Under the pieces are notes generated by a model that did no database searches, was not told the origin of the DNA, and saw nothing but the letters and a program-made list of their open reading frames with translations. DNA of 53,849 nucleotides from Octopus bimaculoides (Eukaryota): contig NC_068981.1 in NCBI RefSeq assembly GCF_001194135.2, forward strand, positions 181,309,921 through 181,363,769, given 5' to 3'. A program made the position numbers and the translations under genes. Shown piece after piece: positions 39,258 to 51,967 of this stretch. The first letter of the stretch is position 1. Each line of letters starts with the position of its first letter.

Positions 39258-39662
39258 CATCATTATTGCTTTCATATCCCTTTTCCATGCTTGCATGGGT
39301 CAGATGGAATTTGTTGAGTCAGATTTCCTGTGGTTGGATGCCCAGCCTGTTGCTAACCCTCATCTGTTCCAAGTAAGGTCATTTCCCCCACCATGGCTTG
39401 ACATGTTTTTACAGAAGATTGGAAATGAGGGACACCACATGTGTGATGGTGACACTCATTTACAACAATCATGTGATGTCAAGACAAGGAAACACTAACA
39501 CACACACACACAAAGGGCTTCTTTCAGTTTCCACCTACTAAATCCACTCACAAGGCTTTAGTTGACCTGAGGCTATAGTAAAAGACACTTGCCCAAGGCG
39601 CCACACTGTGAAATTGAACCTGGAGCCAAGTGGTTTGCCAGCAAGCTTCTTAACCACACAGT
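39258..39662 (-). mobile_element. Composite SINE with the same architecture as 36463-36896
   Basis: Family A head at 39512-39662, (CA)n hinge at ~39497-39512, and RTE-tailed module at 39258-39495. Confidence 0.75.
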
Positions 39663-40029
39663 CTGTAAATATGCAATCAAATGCTTTTCTTTCTTACTTT
39701 AACGTATTGAACATGATAATGAAAGAAAGTAAAACTATAGGAAACAATATTTTTTTCAAATTACAGATATGTACACATTGTGCATTGATTCTGCATTAAG
39801 CAATCTTGAAAGAAATTCTTTTGGTTCTATTTTTTCCCACTTCTATAGTACACAAACTAAAAAGTTGTCCAGTTTTTCAAAACTCTCCTAAAATCTATCT
39901 TTTCTTCTCTGGTTTCATTCCTAAGCTTTTCTAGTTCTTTATTACTTTGCTAATGCAGTTGCTCTTTCTTGAAAAGAGTCAGTGATATCGTTAAACTCCT
40001 TACTTCTCTTCTTATTTCTTTTTTTATAA

Positions 40030-40970
40030 ATGCCAGGTCTGGAGGAAGAGTTGGTGCCCATGGTTTTTACAAGCCCCCCCAATACCAGTGAGGTTGATAC
40101 CATTTATGTTTTTCTTGAACCTTTGTAAATCAATACCTGTGGGAAAGATATGAGCAGTGATGGAATTCCAGAGGGTGGACATTCTGGGGAGGAAGGACTG
40201 GCCATAGTAATTAATATAGGGCTGGGAGACTTGGATGCGATAAGGGTGCAAGGTGGAAAAAAGATGAGCAGGGAAGAAAGAAATGCTGGAGTAGAGATAA
40301 CACGGAGTAGAGATAGCAGTTCCAAGGGGAAGAAACCATTATAGGAGCAGTAGAAAAGATGGAGTGAGGAGAGGAGACAGCTTATTTGTGAGTCAGAGGT
40401 TGGAGTATGTCTGTGAGTGACTTTATGCCAGTCAGTTGAGTGGCCCAGATTTGGATGTCTATATGTGCCTTTTCTCGATGTCCATATGTGCAAAAGTAGC
40501 ACCGACTCAGACATGAGTAATACTTTATTGTGGACCTCACTTGAGCTTTGTACAGTATTAACAGTTGGTGGGGGTTTAGGTACTTTCTGGTCTTGAAGTA
40601 AAGGGCCAATCATTGGAAGGCAACCCTTGCTATTTAGGGACATGCATTCACCAGCAGCGATCCATAGTAAGACCCAACAACTGGAGTGATTTTGAGGGCT
40701 CTATCTGAATGATACTCATGATTAAGGTGAGGAGGGAAGTAAGGAAGTTTTCATGATATGAGTAGTGTTAGTGTTTTCTTGTTGAAAGAGGTAAGATGAG
40801 CTTGTCCTCAATGGAGAGTGCTTTCAAGATTTGTGTTCATGGAGCCAATGTATGTTTGATATGTGGTATTTAAGTTGCAAGTACATGATTCATAGAGACA
40901 GAATGTTAGGGAAGAGTAATGAGTAGTGTCATCTGCATAAAAGTGGATATAGTAAGATGTGGTGGCAAAT
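40030..40970 (-). mobile_element. Degraded CR1/L2/Jockey-group LINE RT and C-terminus
   Basis: 'IHFYADDTT' (YADD at 40928-40939), 'YLNPHQLLILYKAQVRSTIKY' and 'SFLPRMSTLWNSITAHIFPTGIDLQRFKKNIN', with multiple stops and frameshifts. Confidence 0.85.
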
Positions 40971-41889
40971 GTTACTGCCAGCACATCTTACCTTATTTTT
41001 TTAATTTTATTCTATCATATATTTTTTTAGAAATGTTTTTGCAGGGTTTCTATGGTTTTAATACTGGAGATTATGAATCTAGAAAAAAGAAAAAAAAAGA
41101 AATCTTTCTGATTCTACATAATTTTTTCCCCAAATTCAATTTCCCAATAATTGTATGTGTATGACAGAGATTTATAGTACAACTCTATCAGATCACTTAG
41201 CTTGTAATTATTAAATCCACTTTCACGAAAAAAAAAAAAAAATTTTTAATGGTATCATTATTGATTCTATTTGTGTGTGTATGGGAGGTTTATGGTTCAA
41301 TTTCATCTGATCACTTGTCTTTCTGTTGTAATTATTAAAACCATTATCCTTGAAAGAAAATATATTTTAATGGTAGTGTTATTAATGTCTAACAATTTTT
41401 CTGAATGCAGAAGTAAAAGTCTTCAGAGTAAAGAGTTTGCTGCAAGAACTGCTGAATGTTTTCTCAAGTTGAGATGTCATAGAAAGTCTGTATTGCTTTC
41501 AGAATTAGGAGTCACTAATTTCAAGGAAACTGTAATAATTTTCAATGAAAAGATCAAGTAGAAAATCATATCATGTGCTAGAAATATGTGTCAGTTACCA
41601 TTTTAAAAGATACTCAAGAACAAGGTTTCTTTTCAATTTTTTTTCCAACATTTATTAATTTTACTGAACAAGGAAAAAATTTTGTTGCATAGATGTATTA
41701 TCATCAACACTCAACAATAAATATTTACAATGACATTCAAAAGTTCAATGAATTCAGCAGATATTGAGAATTTAGACAAAATAAAATACCTTACAGTTCA
41801 ACTTCATAATTTGAAATATATTAGAATAATTAGGAATGTACTAGAATATATTAGAAATATATTAGAATATATTAGAAATATATTAGAAT

Positions 41890-43448
41890 TCCGGGTAGAG
41901 GTAGGGGTCCACCAAGGTTCCGTCCTCATCCCCCTATTATTTACCATAGTCCTCCAGGCAATCACAGAGGAGTTCAAGACAGGTTGCCCCTGGGAGCTCC
42001 TCTATGCTGATGACCTTGCCCTAATTGCGGAGTCACTATCAGAACTAGAGGAGAAGTTTCAGGTGTGGAAGCAAGGTCTAGAATTGAAGGGCCTTAGAGT
42101 CAACCTAGCTAAAACCAAAATCCTAATAAGTAGGAAGGTAGATAAAACACAAACCCCTTCAGGTAGATGGCCCTGCTCAGTATGTAGAAAAGGAGTAGGT
42201 ANNNNNNNNNNNNNNNNNNNNNNNNNNNNNNNNNNNNNNNNNNNNNNNNNNNNNNNNNNNNNNNNNNNNNNNNNNNNNNNNNNNNNNNNNNNNNNNNNNN
42301 NNNNNNNNNNNNNNNNNNNNNNNNNNNNNNNNNNNNNNNNNNNNNNNNNNNNNNNNNNNNNNNNNNNNNNNNNNNNNNNNNNNNNNNNNNNNNNNNNNNN
42401 NNNNNNNNNNNNNNNNNNNNNNNNNNNNNNNNNNNNNNNNNNNNNNNNNNNNNNNNNNNNNNNNNNNNNNNNNNNNNNNNNNNNNNNNNNNNNNNNNNNN
42501 NNNNNNNNNNNNNNNNNNNNNNNNNNNNNNNNNNNNNNNNNNNNNNNNNNNNNNNNNNNNNNNNNNNNNNNNNNNNNNNNNNNNNNNNNNNNNNNNNNNN
42601 NNNNNNNNNNNNNNNNNNNNNNNNNNNNNNNNNNNNNNNNNNNNNNNNNNNNNNNNNNNNNNNNNNNNNNNNNNNNNNNNNNNNNNNNNNNNNNNNNNNN
42701 NNNNNNNNNNNNNNNNNNNNNNNNNNNNNNNNNNNNNNNNNNNNNNNNNNNNNNNNNNNNNNNNNNNNNNNNNNNNNNNNNNNNNNNNNNNNNNNNNNNN
42801 NNNNNNNNNNNNNNNNNNNNNNNNNNNNNNNNNNNNNNNNNNNNNNNNNNNNNNNNNNNNNNNNNNNNNNNNNNNNNNNNNNNNNNNNNNNNNNNNNNNN
42901 NNNNNNNNNNNNNNNNNNNNNNNNNNNNNNNNNNNNNNNNNNNNNNNNNNNNNNNNNNNNNNNNNNNNNNNNNNNNNNNNNNNNNNNNNNNNNNNNNNNN
43001 NNNNNNNNNNNNNNNNNNNNNNNNNNNNNNNNNNNNNNNNNNNNNNNNNNNNNNNNNNNNNNNNNNNNNNNNNNNNNNNNNNNNNNNNNNNNNNNNNNNN
43101 NNNNNNNNNNNNNNNNNNNNNNNNNNNNNNNNNNNNNNNNNNNNNNNNNNNNNNNNNNNNNNNNNNNNNNNNNNNNNNNNNNNNNNNNNNNNNNNNNGAC
43201 TGGCTTGTGCGGGTGGCACATAAAAGACACCATTTCGAGCGTGGCCGTTTTCGTGCGGGTGACACGTAAAAGCACCCACTACACTCTCTGAGTGGTTGGC
43301 GTTAGGAAGGGCATCCAGCTGTAGAAACTCTGCCAAATCAGACTGGAGCCTGGTGTTGCCATCCGGTTTCACCAGTCCTCAGTCAAATCGTCCAACCCAT
43401 GCTAGCATGGAAAGCGGACGTTAAACGATGATGATGATGATGATGATG
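41890..43448 (+). mobile_element. Young 5'-truncated RTE-clade LINE with open RT fragment, (GAT)n tail and 10-bp TSD; ~1 kb N gap inside
   Basis: 'FRVEVGVHQGSVLIPLLF..ELLYADDLALIAES..KGLRVNLAKTKIL' with YADD at 42003-42014. TSD atattagaat lies at 41880-41889 and 43449-43458. Confidence 0.92.
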
Positions 43449-44209
43449 ATATTAGAATAATTTGAAATGTATTAGAATAATTAGAAACAAAAAAAATATT
43501 TTAGAAAATTTTTACAGTTCATTGCAATAGCGAGAGTATGTGAAAAATGTTAGCCATTACACAGCTAGCAAATCCATACTTTCTGGCTGAAGAACACTTA
43601 AATACAAACACACAACTGTTGTTAAAAGTCAACAGGTTGCAGATTTCTGTGTCATTGTAGAGCACAAGAGAGAATACTAGTAATTTGTTTAGAGAAAGTA
43701 GTAGTCTCTTTCTATGTGTGATTCTTGTAGCTTTTATAATCTTTTCTTAAACCCTTTGCTCCCAAGGGAACATAGGCTGTCAATGATTTTTCTCTTGCTC
43801 TTGACTCTGAGCTGCCTTATTTTTTTTTCTCTAGGTTTTGTTGGTTTTTAATTGTCATTGATGTTTCTGTAATTTTATTTTTTTCTCAGTAGAAGTGATG
43901 ACCCTGTGAAAATCCATTTTTACCACTGGGGAGAGGTGACCCATATTAATCTGGCCTTGAGGCACACAAGCTACCACACATTAACAAGGATTGGATCTTG
44001 TGATGGTTTTATAATCTCACCATCCTCAAAATTGGTTCCAAGAATTTGATATTTTTAACATGTTTAATTGGTTAAATAAAAACATCAATTTAAACCAAAT
44101 GAAAATAATGCAGTGGTTTGTGAAATGTGTGGACAGTACAGGGCAGCCAGGCAGCCATTTTATATACATGTGTTTGCTGCTGTTGAAAGTATGTTCATCC
44201 TTAATTGAT

Positions 44210-44400
44210 CATTATCATTTAGCATCTATATTTGATGCTTGCATGGTTCTGAAAGAGCAGAGGTTTGTGTCAAGCTCCAAGTCTGTTTTGATATGGTTTC
44301 TACAATTGGATGCCCTTCTAAATGCCAAACACTTTTACAGAGTGTACTGGGTATTTTTTTTATGTCATTAATACTAATGAGGTTGCCAAGAAGCTTGCAA
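44210..44400 (-). mobile_element. Short RTE-tail-related repeat (further copy at ~45805-46000)
   Basis: tttctacaattggatgcccttctaaatgccaaacac... and the degenerate CAT tail. Confidence 0.65.
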
Positions 44401-45228
44401 GACACAATCCTTTGATTGAGGTGGGTGTAATAATCAGGGAGGTAACTCATGCCAAATGTTGAGGAACAAAAAAAAAAAAAAAAAGGGTGTGCTGCTGTAG
44501 AGGAGATAGCAACCCCAGCTGGAAATGGAAAGAAAATGGTGGTGATGAGGGTTATGATATACTCTCGAGGTACAAAATGTTGAATGTGAAAGGAATGGGG
44601 ACAGAGGAACTGTTGAGGGAGACAGGTGCAGAGGCTCAGGTAAAAAATAAGAGCGACCAGTTTGGCTACAATACAGGGCAGCCAAACCCATACCATGCTA
44701 CTAACATCATGTTCATTATCAAATGTCTGTTTTACTGTTTTCAACTACTCCAGTTTCTAAGATGTATTTACAAAAAGGACATAAAATTTGTCACCATTTA
44801 AATCCCAAGTTCTGTGTCTGTCTTTTTGTTGCTAAGCAATATGACTGGAAGTGTCTAGGTGTCGACAGCAATGACTCTCTTATTAATACAATGACAGCCA
44901 ATAAATACTATTACAAAATAATTGAAAATTTCTAAATAATATTTTGAATATGCAAATGAAGTCTTAGGTAAACATGATATCAATAAGAAATTAATTATTC
45001 ATTATTGTTGTTTAACAAAGATAATAACAGTCCAGTGGTGAAAGGTTTTCTATTAATGATTATTATGAATTCATATCATATCATTTATATAAATATATAN
45101 NNNNNNNNNNNNNNNNNNNNNNNNNNNNNNNNNNNNNNNNNNNNNNNNNNNNNNNNNNNNNNNNNNNNNNNNNNNNNNNNNNNNNNNNNNNNNNNNNNNN
45201 NNNNNNNNNNNNNNNNNNNNNNNNNNNN

Positions 45229-45265
<37 letters not shown>

Positions 45266-45294
45266 TACAACCTCCTTTGTGTATGTGTCTGTGA

Positions 45295-45325
<31 letters not shown>

Positions 45326-46102
45326 CATGCATGCTTGTAAGTATGTATATGTGAAAAATAGTGTACAATAAGATCCATGACGGTAGAATCTGAGAAGTAT
45401 AGAGTTCCAATAGCAATTCAGATGGAGCAGTGGTAAAGTGGTTCAGAAGAAGCGGCAAAGGTCCAAGAATAAGTGAGGAAAGAAGATTAGTGTCCAAGAA
45501 AGGAGGAAATTCAGTCAGGCAGGATTAAACATAAAACATATGCATACATATGTATGTACGTATGTGTGTATTACAAATTTTTACAAAGAAAAGGTTGACA
45601 GTGACTTCAAAGTCAACTATTTTAGGCTATAAACACTAAAATGTAAGGCACGATTGAAACTAAATAGACAATAAAATTGAAAAGAATTTAAAGTGATAGA
45701 GAGGAAAACAAAAAGTCTGTAACTTACTGAATATGTTTATGTAACAGGTAAAAATATATTTAGATTAAACATAAATTACAGGTACACAACCTCTCTCTCA
45801 TTTATCATCATCACTTAATGTCTGTTTTTCATGCTGGCATGGGTTGAATGGTTTTAAAGGAGCTGACCAGGCAGAGAGCTACACCAGGCACCAATTGTCT
45901 GTTTTGACATGGTTTCTACAGCTGGATGCCCTTCCTAGCACCAACCACTTTACAGGATGTACTGGGTGCTTTTTATGTGGCATTGGCATGAGTGCCTTTT
46001 CCATGGTGCACATACACACACACATATACACTCACACAAACTTGGAAATTATCTAGTGTACCAAAACCCATAATTCGTTTGGATCTGTATGTCTTGAGCA
46101 TT

Positions 46103-46501
46103 TTTACTCTTTTACTTGTTTCAGTCATTTTGACTGTGGCCATGCTGGAGCACCGCCTTTAGTTGAGCAAATCGACCTCAGGACTTATTCTTTGTAAGCC
46201 CAGTACTTATTCTATCGGTCTCTTTTGCCGAACCGCTAGATTATGGGGACATAAACACACCAGCATCGGTTGTCAAGCAATGTTGGGAGGGGGGACAAAC
46301 ACAGACACATAAACATACACACACACACACACACATACATACACGGCGGGCTTCTTTCAGTTTCTGTCTACCAAATTCACTCACAAGGCTTTGGTTGGCC
46401 TGAGGCTATAGCAGAAGACACTTGCCCAAGGTGCCATGCAGTGGGACTGAACCCAGAACCATGTGGTTCGTAAGCAAGCTACTTACCACACAGCCACTCC
46501 T
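46103..46501 (-). mobile_element. tRNA-head SINE family A, full length
   Basis: Reverse complement of the 11660-12068 architecture, with a (CA)n hinge at ~46300-46345. Confidence 0.88.
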
Positions 46502-46849
46502 AGAGTACAATTTTGCAAAAAAAATCTTTATTTCAGCCTCATCCTCCTGATGATGATGGTGCTGATGGTGATGATCTTATTTCTATTGCTGTACTTTATA
46601 CAATTCATATTTGAGCATAGAGGCAAGTTAGATGGGTGTATAAGGTATTTGAAATTTTGTGCTTTGATTGTGAGTTGAAATCTGCTGCAAGCATGTTGCT
46701 GTGTTTCTGGGTAAACCAGTGAAAGAATTCAGAAACATATAAGGTATATAATAAATGGAAAAACTAATTTCTGTGTGTCAGTGTGTCACACTTTGACCCC
46801 CCCCCCCACTATTCAATGACATTTCTACTATTGTGCATGCTGGGGTGAG

Positions 46850-46893
46850 AGTAATAGTAGGCATAGAGATGGTGAGGGTGGTGGGGAAGGCAG

Positions 46894-46924
<31 letters not shown>

Positions 46925-47003
46925 AAGAGAGACAAAGAAATTTAGGAAGAGTTGATGATGTTTTATTAAAAGTTGTAGTGTTGATGGTGGTAGTAGGAGT
47001 AAT

Positions 47004-47047
<44 letters not shown>

Positions 47048-47350
47048 TGGGTATGTGAGAGAAAGAGGGACTGAACACTGAATTCTTTTACACACATTTA
47101 GCCTTTTTGTGATGGTAATGGAGTGATAGTAATAGTATGAGCTGTAGTTGTGATTGAGGCAGAGGTGGCAGTGATGATGGTGGTGGTGGTAGCTGAGGCA
47201 GTCAGGGATGACGGTGAGAGTAAGCAATGTGAAAGACAGTGGTGATGGTGGTGGAGGGGAAGGTAGCGAAGTCAAAGGTATTGATGGTGGTGGCGTCAGA
47301 AGTCTGAATGGTGTGTATATGGCAAATGTGGTGGCGATGGTGGTGGTTCT
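46850..47350. repeat. Low-complexity (GA)n and GGT/GAT-rich tract
   Basis: Direct inspection; accounts for ORFs 46778..47392 and 47208..47546. Confidence 0.75.
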
Positions 47351-47796
47351 GTTGTTTATCATGCAGCTTTGCAATAAGTTCCAAGTTGACAAGTTATATC
47401 ATTGTTTTGATGAAAATTGTTCATTGTTTGAAAAATATTGTTCAAGTTTAATAAAATTTGATAAGTACTCAATGCATGAAGTGTCATTGTTGGGCCCAAG
47501 GCCTAATGAAGAGCCTTTCACAAGAGCTAGCTTAAAAGCTGTCTGATAGGGCGGCTTTTAAACTAGTAAGGTATATATACACAGGACAGGTTTGGTTAAG
47601 AAGTTAATTTTGAAATTGTGTGGTTTCAGGTTCAGTCTGGTTGCCTTAGGCAAGCATCAACTAATGGCTTGTTAAGAAATTTGGTCATACATTTGTGATA
47701 AACCAATAAACCTATCTGAAGAGGAATGTACTAGAATAATTAGGGATTATTATTTACGATAAGCCCTATCTAAAGGTGGGTGTAACAGATCAATAT

Positions 47797-48016
47797 CCCT
47801 TTAGAATTCAGATTACCTTATCAAATGTAATGCTTATTTATTCACATTGCTTAAAATTAATCATGTATTATCTTGTAGCTTTCAGATTTCAATGATGTGG
47901 TTGTTTAGTTTTAGAATGACATTGCAGGATAGGTGTGAAAGACAGGATCTGCCCAGTTTGAACATAAAGCATATAGAATATTTAGGCCTGATATGGCTGG
48001 TTTAAATGCTAAAGGG
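47797..48016. mobile_element. piggyBac-type MITE (CCCTTTAG...CTAAAGGG|TTAA)
   Basis: Inverted termini ccctttagaatt and aatgctaaaggg. The right flank is TTAA; the left flank is atat (mutated). Confidence 0.7.
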
Positions 48017-49169
48017 TTAAATAACATACCAGGAAATTAGAGCTAAATATTGTAAATAAATTTGTAAAAGTCCGTTTTTTTTTCACTATTAATATTTAAT
48101 TAAAAGGTTTCAGGTTTATTGCTAAAATTAAATACAAAATAATAACAGCTGCAGAAGCAACATCTAGATTTATCACATTTTTGCTAACATTTAAACTGTT
48201 CATATTTCAACAGCTCTTTTATCATGAATTGGCTCAACACCTCATTGCATTCTCTCTTTGATACTTCCACTGTTGCCTTTCTCTTATGACCTTGCTGGCA
48301 GCACTCCAACTATAATCAATACACTTTGCTGCGTGCATTTTCAGCATCTTGCCATAGCTATTATTATATCCTTCTACTGCCCACTCTCTTCCAAGATTTC
48401 AAGCAAACACTGTGCAAAGTAATTCTTCCTGCATTTTATAACTGCTGCAATAACCATGAAATTTTGACTTTTACTACTAGTCTTGTCTTAGAAATAAAAT
48501 TAGGCAAAAAAGAAAAAAGTATTGTCTATTCCATTTCCATTTGTATATCTTACACTTCCAGAAAAGTTCCTTCAAGCTATGCTTCTAAACCTTCCTTCTG
48601 GAAAAACTATACTGGACAAAGAAAATAAGACATGATCAGGCTGCAACTGTCAAATTGATTAAATAGAAAAAGAATATGATTTTGCATGCACATATACACA
48701 ATGCATGCATGCACATATAATTTTGCATATGTACATGCATGTTTATAGATATGTACACATTTGTGCATGTATGTGCATGCATGCATATAGTGATGTTACT
48801 AAGTAAAAAAAAAACTTAGTGAATATATAATATATGCATTAATGTAATCAGTATTGTTAAAAAGAAATGATAGCGATTTCTTTCATTATTATAGTTATAA
48901 ATTTTGACTATTCTTTCATTTTTCCCTTAACATTATTTTCTTTATATTTTAGTCAGGAGGTAAGGCAACACTTATGTCTTTCACAGAGTTTCTGAGACTG
49001 GTAGCAGGGATGGAATAAAGTATCTTCAAATTGAAGACTTGGCTTGAATGTTTGCAGCAAATGGAATCTGCTAAAGGTACCCAGGATACCGAGTAATGGT
49101 GTTAAACTGAGCAATGGAATAAGTTTACCATCCTCCAAACTCCTTAATCTGTGTCTTTTCCATATATAT

Positions 49170-49561
49170 TACTTTTTTATCCTTTTATTTGTTTCAGTTA
49201 TCTGACTACGGCCATGCTGGAGCACCGCCTTTAGTTGAACAAGTTGACCCCAGAACTTATTCTTTGTAAGCCTAGTACTTATTCTATCGGTGTCTTTTGC
49301 CAAACTGCTAAGTTACGGGGACGTAAACACACCAACATCAGTTGTCAAGTGATGGTGGGGGGACAAACAGACACACAAACACACACATATATATACAACA
49401 GGCTTCTTTCAATTTCCATCAACCAAATCCACTCACAAGGCTTTGGTCGGCTCACAGCTATAGCAGGAGACACTTGCCCAAGATGCTACATAGTGGGACT
49501 GAATGCAGAACCATGTGGTTGGGAAGTAAGCTTCTTACCACACAGCCACTCCTGCACCTAT
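49170..49561 (-). mobile_element. tRNA-head SINE family A
   Basis: Same head, hinge and 3' module as 46103-46501. Confidence 0.85.
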
Positions 49562-49699
49562 ATTGTTATTATCAAAATAAGATTAATTTCCTTGCCTCGT
49601 CTCTTTATTTAACTTTTACATTTCAACAGCAAATTGGCAGGGTCATTATAACAAGAAAGTAAATTTCCTGTGGAATTTGTCTTCCTTGGGCACTAAACT

Positions 49700-50295
49700 A
49701 TAATTTTATGGCCTCTCGTAACCAAAGACGTCCGATGTTTTGGGGATACATAAAAAAATGATGGTTCAAGAAAGTTGGTTAAAATTAACGCTAATTTGAA
49801 TAGTGCCAAATACATCCAGTTGCTGAAGGACAATTTGATAGCAGACTTGGATGAAGGTGAGATTTTTCAGCATGATGGAGCTCCATACCACAGACTGTGT
49901 GCAACACAACAAAGTTTGGCTGACGAAGGTGTTACTGTAGTGAAAGATTGGCCAGCTCAGAGCCCTGACTTAAAAATCATTGAACAAATGTGGACAGAAC
50001 TAAAGAGAAGAGTTCGTCAGAAGAATCCACGCAATCTTGAAGAGTTGTTGGAGCTCAACCACAGAGAATGGCATCTCATACCTTTGAAGATGGTGAAGGA
50101 TTTGAATGCATCTCTTCCCAGGCACACTGAAGCAATTATTGAAGCTAAGAAAAGCCACATGAAATATTAACAACGTACAGTAACTTCTTGAAATGAACAT
50201 TATATAATAAATTTTCATTACAGACATTTTTATGTTTTAAAGTACTGTATCTTGATTGGTTTATGTGAGGTGGCCAAAAATTTTTGCATGACCAT
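49700..50295 (+). mobile_element. 5'-truncated Tc1-like transposon, catalytic C-terminal half; DD35E
   Basis: 'MFWG' (frameshifted), 'NSAKYIQLL', 'FQHDGAPYH', 'WPAQSPDLKIIEQMW'; degenerate 3' TIR ggtggccaaaaatttttgcatgacca. Confidence 0.85.
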
Positions 50296-50404
50296 TTTTG
50301 GTGGTCGTCTTCCCCTCTCATTCAGAATCTCTACTAAAAAATATAATGATTAGGTATGGAAATGACTCCAACAAAGCCAATGTTTCATCTGTAAAAAATG
50401 CAAT

Positions 50405-50626
50405 ATGAATCGACCCCAGGACTTATTCTTTGTAAGCCAAATACTTATTCTATCAGTCTGTTTTACTGAACTGCTAAGTTATGGGGACATAAACACACCA
50501 ATGTCGGTTGTCAAGCGATGGTAGGGGGCCAAACACAGACACACAAATATATACATATACATACATATATTGATAGAAAAGACACCAAAAGAAAGAAAGA
50601 GACCTCGATATTATGTAAATAGAGGA

Positions 50627-50663
<37 letters not shown>

Positions 50664-50823
50664 GCTTCTTTCAGTTCTTATCTACCAAATCCACTCACAA
50701 GGCTTTGGTTGGCCTGAGGCTATAGTAGAAGACACTTGCCCAAGATGCCACGCAGTGGGACTGAACCCAGAACCATGTGGTTGGGAAGCAAGCTTCTTAC
50801 CACACAGCCACACCTGTGCCTAT
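50405..50823 (-). mobile_element. tRNA-head SINE family A with expanded hinge
   Basis: Same modules as the other family A copies; the hinge at ~50545-50660 includes extra sequence and (TA)n. Confidence 0.8.
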
Positions 50824-51967
50824 AATATTAAAATATAATTTCACTAACAACCATAAACTCTGTTTTAGTGTATTTGATTGACAGCAGGTTCTATTCATAT
50901 TTCATGGTTGAATCGTTAACGGTACAATTGACATGGTAACATCTGTTCTAGCAATGTATAGTGAAACTATCTGAACCTATGAAACCTATCTCGTTTAGTG
51001 AGATTACTGGATGTATAACAACAACAACAAGAAGGAAAAAGAAGAGAGTGGCGACAAAGCTGTGCAAAATGTATTTATATCAATAAAAAAAAAATCATTG
51101 TAAACCTTACTTTGTTTCAAAGATGATCTCATTACGTATTCTATTTATTGTTAATTTGTTTATCAGATTCTAATTAATTCTAATTTATTAATAATTAATT
51201 ATGTCTGAAATTATGAAAAATGAGGACTATAAGTGATTTCAGTAGAGATGTTGATAACTAGAGAAAATTGCACAGGAGATGGTTGTATGAAACCCTTCAA
51301 GATTGTACCCCAGCATCACCACTATTTATCTTTATCTCCTTGCAGCTCCTATAGAGCATTCTCACTATCTCTACACTCTTCTACAAGAACCTGCTTGCCT
51401 CCCACCCCTCCACTACTTCTCTCATAGTTTAATCCCTCCTCCCCCTCCTCCAGTGTTTTTAATCCGAGTTTTGTTCCCGTTAACGGGGGTGGCCGGATCT
51501 ACCTCAATGCCATAGCAACAGAGGCAGGCAGGTGGAGCCCACCCCAACCTTTGGGCTGGCTGATGCCCATTCTACCTTGCTATAATATGATTTTTTGGAG
51601 CTGGATTTTCTATGGGAGCATGCCCTTGCTTACCCCCAGTCTCAGTTTCTAGACATGAGTGGTCCTGAGACCAAGGCCTCAACTATGATTTTTAAGAAAT
51701 GTGGTGGAAAACAAGCTCAGGAAGGCAGGGATGGTACTTCCTGAGATCCCTTTCGGAGTTACCCTCCTCAACCTGGCATAAAACTGACTTGCAACATGAT
51801 TCTCGTTTCGTAGTCTTATAAGCTGCATGGCAACTTCATTATTGTTGATAGAACAACAGCAGCAACAAAAAACACCCTGAACATGCTGTAAAGTGGTTGG
51901 TATCAAGAAGGTTTCCAGTCATAAAGGTAACAGAAACCATTCCAATGCAGACACTGGTGCACTACAC

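Noticed and set aside
43512-43590. Hydrophobic frame RKYGFASCVMANIFHILSLLQ between splice-like sites
   Set aside because: An in-frame TGA precedes the donor, and the other frames are also closed.
46778-47546. 200-aa and 112-aa ORFs
   Set aside because: They are produced by (GA)n and GGT/GAT low-complexity sequence.
48953-49138. Plus-strand acceptor with 7-nt micro-exon (ag|TCAGGAG|gtaagg) and a 61-aa minus ORF
   Set aside because: There is no supporting plus-strand gene, the longer plus frames are closed, and the peptide is unrecognisable.
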